Assembly: GCA_965221125.1 (NCBI GenBank)
Contig: CBDCRW010000004.1
Span: forward strand, 544,001 to 608,000
Direction of reading: 5' to 3'
Length of the DNA: 64,000 bases
Source: Alphaproteobacteria bacterium
GTDB lineage: Bacteria > Pseudomonadota > Alphaproteobacteria > UBA828
The number at the start of each line of letters is the position of its first letter. Positions within the stretch are counted from its first letter, which is position 1. This document shows, piece after piece, positions 57,382 through 64,000 of this stretch. The position numbers and the translations under genes are program-made. The notes beneath the pieces are model-generated. The model did no database searches. It worked only from the letters and a program-made list of their open reading frames with translations, and was not told the origin of the DNA.

Positions 57382-58110
57382 ATGACGATCCGCCTCTCCG
57401 CATCCCGAACCGTCCTTCTGCTCACTGCCGCGCTGCTGCTTGGCGCCTGCGCCTGTCCGGTGCGGGCAGATGAGAAACCACAGACGGGGACACCCGAAGC
57501 CGATGCATCCCGCCTGGCCGAAGAGGTTCTGCGCAAGGCCGGCAACGACGATCTTGCGGACTGGACCCGCTCGATCATGGACCGCGCGCTCGAACGCGCC
57601 GGCGAGGCCGCCAGGCGGACGGTCCCCGGACAGTCCCGACCCCTCCCGGCCGAAAGCCATGCGGAAAGCTTCGCGGCCCGACGCCCCGCCTCGGCGGAGG
57701 TGCTGATCTTCACCAGCCTGTCGGTTCCGGCGGCGAGCTGGCGGCAATGGGCGCGCGCTGCGGCAGTGCTGGACGCGCCGCTCGTGATGCGCGGCGTCGG
57801 CGCGGCGGGGCTTCCGACGACCGCCAGAGCAATCCGTGACCGCCTCGGCGACCGCAATGTCGGCATCGCCATCGACCCGCGCCTGTTCCACCTGTTCGAT
57901 ATCGAACGCGTGCCGGCGGTGGTCGTGGTGCCGGGCGGCGTGCCGGCCTGCGAGAGCCGGGGATGTTCGGATGATCCGACGCCGGATCACGATCTCGTCG
58001 CCGGCAATATCGGCCTCGTCTCCGCGCTGGAAGCCATCGCCGCCGAAGGGGAGGCCGGACGCGCGGTTGCGCAAGTCTATCTCGATCGCCTGAGGGGTGA
58101 CGCGCGATGA
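57382..58110 (+). CDS. trbC: F-type pilus assembly protein TrbC
   Basis: IF.SLSVP, V.RG, IDPRLF..F.I..VPA.V, D.V.GNI....ALE; alternative ATG at 57346. Confidence 0.88.
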   Translation: MTIRLSASRTVLLLTAALLLGACACPVRADEKPQTGTPEADASRLAEEVLRKAGNDDLADWTRSIMDRALERAGEAARRTVPGQSRPLPAESHAESFAARRPASAEVLIFTSLSVPAASWRQWARAAAVLDAPLVMRGVGAAGLPTTARAIRDRLGDRNVGIAIDPRLFHLFDIERVPAVVVVPGGVPACESRGCSDDPTPDHDLVAGNIGLVSALEAIAAEGEAGRAVAQVYLDRLRGDAR

Positions 58111-59207
58111 GGGGGTGGGCACATTGGCGGACCCGCCTGTTCGGCCTGGTCGTGCTGGCGGCGGTGTTCGGCTTCCTGCTCTGGATCGTGTTCGGCGGCG
58201 GCGCCCAAGCCGAGGACCCCAAGGCGGCCGCCCGCGCCATCGGCAATGCGGGGAGCGTAACCGCCGGCGCCATCGCGCGCGACGGCTCGAATGCAGCCAC
58301 CGTGCCGGGTTACGCCGGCACGAACCTGCCGGAACGCAGCATCGGCGCCGACGACCTGGAGGATGAAGGCCGCGCCCGGCTTGCCGATCCCGACGATCCG
58401 GGCGGTCAGGCCGGGCGCAGCGTGATCGAGGGCGTGACGGTCCGGCCCGACGTGCCTGTAACCGACAGCGATCCCGACATCGTGCGCGGCAAGACGGTCG
58501 CCGCCGATCCGCGGGCGCCGTCCCATGGCGCGGGCAACCTCGCCTCGGGCAGCATCTGGGACTGCACGGCGGACCTGGCCGACGCCGACCGCGGCGGCGC
58601 CTGCGGCGCGGTGCGCTGGTGCGTCGGCGCGGACTGCGACAGCACGCAACCGCAGGCCAATACCGGCTTTGCCGAGGCGACGACGCGGCTCAACATGGCG
58701 ATGGAGATGGGCGGCGAGGAGTTCGACCGGGAGTCCCTGCGCATTTTCACCGGCAAGCGGCGCGCCTGCCACATCCATTACGGGGGGCTGGCAAACTGCT
58801 GCAAGAACACAGGGCTGCTGGTCGGGCTCGCCAACTGCTCGGCCTCCGAACGCGAGCTGGCGAAGGAGCGCAACGCCGGCAACACCCACTATCTCGGCAA
58901 ATACTGCTCGAAGCGCATCTTCGGCGTCTGCATCCGCCGCTCGCGGGCCTGGTGCGTGTTCTCATCGAAGCTCGGGCGCATCCTGCACCAGCAGGGGCGG
59001 CCGCAGCTCGGGATCGGCTGGTCGAGCTGCCGGGGCTTCACCGTGGCGGAGATCGAGCGCATCGACTTCGCGGCCCTCGATCTTTCCGAGTTCACCCAGG
59101 ACCTGATGGACGGCTCGCGGGAACCGGCGGTGTCGCTGCCCGACGCCGGCGGCACGCAGGCGATCATGAAGGACCGGGTGCGCGACTTCTACGGGCGGCA
59201 GCCGTGA
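58107..59207 (+). CDS. traN: Mating-pair stabilisation protein TraN (unusually short, 366 aa)
   Basis: IF.G....C, NCC, C...E..LA, YLGKYCS, C.F.SKL.RI...QGR.QL, CRGFT..E...IDF..LDLSEF. Confidence 0.88.
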   Translation: MRGWAHWRTRLFGLVVLAAVFGFLLWIVFGGGAQAEDPKAAARAIGNAGSVTAGAIARDGSNAATVPGYAGTNLPERSIGADDLEDEGRARLADPDDPGGQAGRSVIEGVTVRPDVPVTDSDPDIVRGKTVAADPRAPSHGAGNLASGSIWDCTADLADADRGGACGAVRWCVGADCDSTQPQANTGFAEATTRLNMAMEMGGEEFDRESLRIFTGKRRACHIHYGGLANCCKNTGLLVGLANCSASERELAKERNAGNTHYLGKYCSKRIFGVCIRRSRAWCVFSSKLGRILHQQGRPQLGIGWSSCRGFTVAEIERIDFAALDLSEFTQDLMDGSREPAVSLPDAGGTQAIMKDRVRDFYGRQP

Positions 59208-60064
59208 TGGCGGGTGCCGCGAAACCCGCCCTCCTGCGCGGCCTGACACGCCTCCTCGCGGCGATCGGCGTCTGGGCCGCGCTCGGCGCGTCCGCGGCGG
59301 GCGGGGAATGGCGATCCTGGTGTGGGGAGGGTGGATCGGGGGAGTCTGCCTCGGCCTCTGGCGCCTCGCTCGGCTGGCATTTCTACTGCGACCGGGCGGA
59401 GGAGCAGCAAGAAGCGGAGCCGGTGCCGACGCAGCCTCCCCCTGCAGAAAACACGCAATCGGCCACGGCCCGCATCCTCGAATTACGCCGCGCTCTCGAA
59501 GAGGCCCGCGCGGAGGCGATCCTCGATCCGACGCCGGAGAGGGTGACGGCCTATCTGCGCCTCCAGCAGGAAACCTTGCGGAAGGCGGCGGCCTTCTCCG
59601 ATGCTTTCCGGCGCGCGGTCTGGGCGAGCCCCGATCTCGACTACACGCTGAAGCGCCCGGTCGGGGCGCTCGCCAAGCAGGTCTGGTCGAACGAGCGGCG
59701 CCAGGCTCGCGACGCCGCGCTCGCCCGTCTCGGGGAGCGCTACGGGCTGATCTATCTGGGCCATGCCGGCTGCGCGGCGTGCCGGGTGTTCGGGCCCCTG
59801 CTGCGCGCCTTCGCCACCCGTCACGGCCTCGACGTGCTCGCGGTCTCGCTCACCGGCGACGCGCTGGAAGGCTGGCCCGAGGCCGTCGCCGACAACGGCA
59901 GGGCCGCGAGGCTCGGCCTCGGCGACGCCCCGGTGCCGGCGCTCGTGCTGTTCGACACCGTCACCAGGCGCGTGCAGCCGGTCGGCTTCGGCGTCATGGC
60001 CGAGGACGAAATGGCCGAACGGATCTTCGCGCTGACCGCCCTGGAGCCCGGACATGACTATTGA
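59207..60064 (+). CDS. traF: F-type TraF (thioredoxin-like)
   Basis: GWHFY, AILDPT, P.LDY, YGLIY....CAAC, VPAL.L; TGATG coupling to traN. Confidence 0.9.
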   Translation: MAGAAKPALLRGLTRLLAAIGVWAALGASAAGGEWRSWCGEGGSGESASASGASLGWHFYCDRAEEQQEAEPVPTQPPPAENTQSATARILELRRALEEARAEAILDPTPERVTAYLRLQQETLRKAAAFSDAFRRAVWASPDLDYTLKRPVGALAKQVWSNERRQARDAALARLGERYGLIYLGHAGCAACRVFGPLLRAFATRHGLDVLAVSLTGDALEGWPEAVADNGRAARLGLGDAPVPALVLFDTVTRRVQPVGFGVMAEDEMAERIFALTALEPGHDY

Positions 60065-61517
60065 GCGAAATAACGGCGTGACGATCGCCCCGGCGAACAG
60101 GGCGGCGGTCTGGATGCTGTCGTCCGTCATGCTGACCGCGGCCTTGTTGACTGCCCTGCCGGCCAAGGCCGACGTGCTCTCGGAGATGAACCGCTTCTGG
60201 CAGGGCGCGGCGGTGAACGTGACGGGACCGACCGCCTTCAGCGGCCAGGCCTCGGGCCACTGGACGCTGGGCAATCTCTACCTGCGCGCGCCGGTGCGCT
60301 CCGAGCAAATCGCCACCGTCAACCTGCCGAGCTTCCGCGCCGGCTGCGGCGGCATCGACGCCTTTGCGGGCGCGTTCTCGTTCATAAACTCGGACCAGCT
60401 GATCGCCTTTGCCCGCGCGGTCGCCCAGAACGCCGCCGGCTTCGCCTTCGAGCTGGCGCTGGAGACCATCTCGCCGGTGATCGCCGAGACCATGTCCAAG
60501 CTCCGGGCGCTCGCGCAGTGGGTCAACTCCCAGAACCTCAACAGCTGCGAGACCGCCCAGGCGCTGGTCGGCGCGCTCTGGTCGAAGAACGACCGGGCGA
60601 GCGCCTCCATCTGCGCCGCCATCGGGACCAGCCAGGGGATATTCAGCGACTACGCCGCCGCGAAGCATGGCTGCGGGGCGGACGGCAAACGGAACTCGAC
60701 GCTCGCCAGCGCCTCCGGCCCGATGGCCGAGCAGGTGCCGGTGAACGTCAACTATGCCTGGAAGGCGATCCGTGCGTCGTCCTTCCTCTCCGGAGATGCG
60801 CAGCTCGCCGAGTTCGCCATGGCGGTGACCGGCACGTTGATCGTGACCGCGCCCACTTCGGACGGAGACAGCAGCGGACCCCGGGTGCGCATCCTGGAGC
60901 CGCTGGCGCTCGACCGGCGGGTGACCGAAGTGCTGATGGAGGGCGGCGGCGCGCTGCCGGTCTATGGCTGCGACACGCCCGACGCGTGCCTCAATCCCAC
61001 GCTCGGCAGCGTCAACATCCCCGCCGACCGGGGCTTCCGGGCGCGGGTGGCCGAGCTGCTGCGCGACCTGGTCGATGCGGTCAGGAACGATACCGCCCCG
61101 CCGGCCGCCGCGCTCGGGCTGGTCAATCTCACCACGCTCCCGGTCTACCGGGTCGCCAACGCGGCGGCCGCCTATCGCGGCGCGGTGGTGGACCAGGAGA
61201 TGGACGCGCTCGCCGAGGCCGTGGCGCTCGACGTCATGCAGGTCTGGCTCTCCGATCTCCACCGCACGGTCGAGGAACGCGCCGGCACCCTCGACATCGC
61301 CGACGGCGAACAGTTGCAGCGCTGGCGGGAGGGACTGCGCCGGAACCGCATCGCGCTCGCGCGGCACCGAAACGAGGGGCTCGCGCGCTTCAACACCGCG
61401 CTCGCCGTGGTCGAGAAGCTGCGCCTGATCGAGACCGAGCTCGCCGGGGCGCTCTCGGCCGATCTCCGTGCTGCCCTCGCCTTTGCCCGGGGCGGCGCCG
61501 GAGCCGGGTCACGGTGA
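60054..61517 (+). CDS. traH: F-type TraH
   Basis: NVT.P....GQ..G..TLG, PS.RAGCGGIDAF.G.FSFIN, NSCE.AQ. Confidence 0.93.
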   Translation: MTIERNNGVTIAPANRAAVWMLSSVMLTAALLTALPAKADVLSEMNRFWQGAAVNVTGPTAFSGQASGHWTLGNLYLRAPVRSEQIATVNLPSFRAGCGGIDAFAGAFSFINSDQLIAFARAVAQNAAGFAFELALETISPVIAETMSKLRALAQWVNSQNLNSCETAQALVGALWSKNDRASASICAAIGTSQGIFSDYAAAKHGCGADGKRNSTLASASGPMAEQVPVNVNYAWKAIRASSFLSGDAQLAEFAMAVTGTLIVTAPTSDGDSSGPRVRILEPLALDRRVTEVLMEGGGALPVYGCDTPDACLNPTLGSVNIPADRGFRARVAELLRDLVDAVRNDTAPPAAALGLVNLTTLPVYRVANAAAAYRGAVVDQEMDALAEAVALDVMQVWLSDLHRTVEERAGTLDIADGEQLQRWREGLRRNRIALARHRNEGLARFNTALAVVEKLRLIETELAGALSADLRAALAFARGGAGAGSR

Positions 61518-61575
61518 TGGCTGGCAAGGGCAGGCAGCCCATGAGACCCGGGTTCGCAGGGAGCCCCCATATATA

Positions 61576-64000
61576 ATGTACGAACTCTTCACCCTCGGCG
61601 GCGGCGCTTACCTGGTCGACCTGCTCAATGCGGTGGCGGCGATCACCGGCGGCGGGGCCTTTGTCGATCTCGCGCAGCTGGCCGGCATTGCCGGACTCGC
61701 CTGGGTCCTGTTCCGCACCGCCTTCGGCGGCTCGTGGAAGGACAACGCCAAGTGGATCGGCCTGTTCGTCGCCGTCTGGGGCGCGATGATCGTGCCGAAG
61801 GCGACCGTGCGGGTGGTTGACCGGCTCGATCCGGCGCTGGCGCCGGCCGTGGTCGCCAACGTCCCCATCGGCCTCGCGCTCTTCGCCTCGGTCACCAGCC
61901 AGATCGGCGACGGGCTGACAAGGCTCACCGAACAGGCATTCGCACTGCCGAACGATCTGGCCTACCGCCGCCACGGGCTGATCTTCGGCGCGCGCCTGGC
62001 CGGCAAGGCGACCCGGCTCGAAGTGACCGACGCGGTGTTCGCGAGGAACATCCGCAACTACGCCCGCCAGTGCGTCTTCCCGGCCCTGCTGCTGGGCCAC
62101 GTCTCGGCGGACGATCTGCGCGAATCCACCGATATCTGGCGGCTGGTGACGGCCACGGGCACGCCCTCGGCCGGGGCCTCGCCCGCGCGCATGGTCGAGT
62201 TCGCGACCCGGCAGCCCGCCTCGGGCACGGGGGCTACAACGGTCGACCGCCAGATCGTCACCTGCCGCGACGCGGCGGGCCGGCTCAACGCGCTGTGGAA
62301 CGCCGAGATCGCCCGCGCCGGCACGGTGTTCGGACGCCGGATCTTCCCCGACGCCCGGACCGAGGCGCTGGCCAGGGCCGAACTGCTCGCGGCCTTGCCC
62401 GCCGCGCATGACTTCCTGATCGGCGCGTCCCGAAGCGCGGGCGAGATCATGCGCCAGCAGATGGTGCTGAACGCAGTCCACGACGCCGGGGAGCAATGGG
62501 CGGCGGAGGCCGGCAACGCGGCCGCGCTCCGGGCCTACACCGAAGCCCGGGCAGAGGCGCAGACCGTCTCGGCCTACCGCGCGATCGGACGGCAGGCGGA
62601 GACCTGGGTGCCGCTCTTGAGGATCGTGTTCGAGTGCCTCTATGTCGGGGCGTTCCCGATGGCGGTGCTGCTCATGCTGACCCCGGCGGGGGCGACCATC
62701 TTCCGCTCGTATGTCACCGGCCTGGTCTGGCTCCAGTCCTGGGGCCCGCTCTACGCCGTGCTGCACCGCATCTCCATGGGCGAGGCGGCGGAAAGGATGT
62801 CTGCGGCGGCGGCGATGCCGAACGGCGATATCGGCATCTCCCTGGTGGCCCAGGCCGGGATCAGGGCGGTGGCCGCCGATGTCGCGGTGATGTCGGGATA
62901 TCTGTCGATGTCGGTGCCGTTCCTCGCCGCCGCGCTCGCCTACGGCCTCTCCAAGGCGACGGTGCTGGCCACATCGGTGCTTGCCGTGGGCCAGGACGCG
63001 GCAAGCTCGGCGGCGCATGAGGGCACGACCGGCAACCTCTCGCTCGCCAACACCGGCTACGACATCCACCGCTTCGCCACCCTGGAGGGGCGCCAGATCC
63101 GCACCTCCGCCCATGTCGATACCGACCGCTATACGGGCTATGCGCCCATGGGTGTGGCGATGACGGTGACGGGGGACGGGACGGCGGTGGCCGATGCCGG
63201 CGCCGCCACCAGCCGCCTCCCCGCCGCCGCTGTCCACCTCTCGGAGTCGCTGACGACCCGGTTCGAGCAGCGCGCCGACCATTCGCGTTCCCTCTCGCGG
63301 CACTGGTCGGCCGAGGCAGGCACGGCGCGCAATGCCGCTGTCACCGACGCCACCGCGCTGATCGAGCGCTACAGCCACGACGTCTCGACGGGCGAAGCCC
63401 ATGCCAGGGGCGTTACGGAAAGCGAGAGCAGCCAGGCGCAGGAGCTGGACACGCATCTTGAGCGGATGTCGGAGGCGGCGGGCATCTCGAAGAACCAGAT
63501 GGCGACGCTGGTGGGCGAGGCGAGGATCGGCGGCAGCTGGAACCTGATCGCAAAGATCGGCGCCGACGGCTCGGCGTCCTGGCGCGGCCAGACCATCGAG
63601 AAGGAATCCTGGGACCGCATGCGGGAGTATGCCGGAAGCCACCAGGTGCTCGACCTCTGGTCGAAGGTCTCGGAAGCCTCGCAGCGCTGGTCGACGCAGA
63701 CCGGAGACAGCGAGGTGGCGAGCCTCGACGAGAGCCTGAGCGCGAACCTCACGCGCATGCGCTCGTTCCAGGAGCGGGCGTCGCTGGCGCGCCAGGAATC
63801 GGAGAGCTGGTCGGAGCAGGCAGCGCAGACGAGCGCGAACGTCCGGGCGGTTGGCCGCGATCTGAGCCAACCCTTCTTCGCCTGGCTGTCGGAGCAGCCC
63901 GGAATGGACGGACGCCCGATCGGAATGGCTGGCGCCATGCGTATCGGCTCTCCCCAGACGGCGGAGGACGCCGAGCAGCTCCGCGAATACGCCGACGCCT
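61576..64000 (+). CDS. traG: F-type TraG, N-terminal part; truncated by the window edge
   Basis: Manual translation from ATG 61576: MYELFTLGGGAYLVDLLNAVAA...VANVPIGLA.FAS..S.IG..LT...EQAF..P...Y...G.IFG; later WLQSWGPLYAVL. Confidence 0.92.
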   Translation, partial: MYELFTLGGGAYLVDLLNAVAAITGGGAFVDLAQLAGIAGLAWVLFRTAFGGSWKDNAKWIGLFVAVWGAMIVPKATVRVVDRLDPALAPAVVANVPIGLALFASVTSQIGDGLTRLTEQAFALPNDLAYRRHGLIFGARLAGKATRLEVTDAVFARNIRNYARQCVFPALLLGHVSADDLRESTDIWRLVTATGTPSAGASPARMVEFATRQPASGTGATTVDRQIVTCRDAAGRLNALWNAEIARAGTVFGRRIFPDARTEALARAELLAALPAAHDFLIGASRSAGEIMRQQMVLNAVHDAGEQWAAEAGNAAALRAYTEARAEAQTVSAYRAIGRQAETWVPLLRIVFECLYVGAFPMAVLLMLTPAGATIFRSYVTGLVWLQSWGPLYAVLHRISMGEAAERMSAAAAMPNGDIGISLVAQAGIRAVAADVAVMSGYLSMSVPFLAAALAYGLSKATVLATSVLAVGQDAASSAAHEGTTGNLSLANTGYDIHRFATLEGRQIRTSAHVDTDRYTGYAPMGVAMTVTGDGTAVADAGAATSRLPAAAVHLSESLTTRFEQRADHSRSLSRHWSAEAGTARNAAVTDATALIERYSHDVSTGEAHARGVTESESSQAQELDTHLERMSEAAGISKNQMATLVGEARIGGSWNLIAKIGADGSASWRGQTIEKESWDRMREYAGSHQVLDLWSKVSEASQRWSTQTGDSEVASLDESLSANLTRMRSFQERASLARQESESWSEQAAQTSANVRAVGRDLSQPFFAWLSEQPGMDGRPIGMAGAMRIGSPQTAEDAEQLREYADA

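Larger units (their letters stand above)
34781..64000 (+). mobile_element. Integrative conjugative element with F-type T4SS; continues beyond the window
   Basis: Excisionase-like HTH, DUF2285 activator and co-oriented traA-L-E-K-B-V-C-trbI-peptidase-W-ssb-U-trbC-N-F-H-G in a chromosomal context after a tRNA. Integrase, relaxase and traD are not in the window; left end inferred. Confidence 0.85.

Overview
High-GC alphaproteobacterial chromosome; the 16S sequence and gene content look Rhodospirillales-like, and the surface-protein repertoire resembles host-associated marine symbionts (inference). 1-27.5 kb is core genome: aprM-aprB-aprA-sat sulfur genes, a di-haem peroxidase, a class III aminotransferase, an orphan hydantoinase B/acetone-carboxylase-gamma fusion, sucCDAB-lpdA, an RpiR/PhyH/cupin cluster, leuB-asd and a complete rrn operon ending in tRNA-fMet. 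From the tRNA-fMet onward the DNA is accessory and appears to be two islands in tandem. The first (27.5-34.8 kb) carries a secreted nucleosidase, a frameshifted adenylate cyclase, low-GC Cys-rich ORFans, a DUF1353 gene and a HigBA-like toxin-antitoxin pair. After a decayed copy of the tRNA-fMet 3' half at 34.8 kb comes an integrative conjugative element that runs off the window end. Its most interesting part is an apparently new control architecture. A TTGACA/TATAAT promoter is followed directly by an 8-bp tandem repeat (14.75 copies). Downstream lie a cadherin-arylsulfotransferase, a ~2,490-aa autotransporter adhesin and an FseA-like (DUF6499+DUF2285) activator that needs a -1 frameshift at a non-canonical position. 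These precede an RdfS-like excisionase heading an F-type tra operon with an unusually short TraN. All family calls come from motif recognition by eye; no searches were run.
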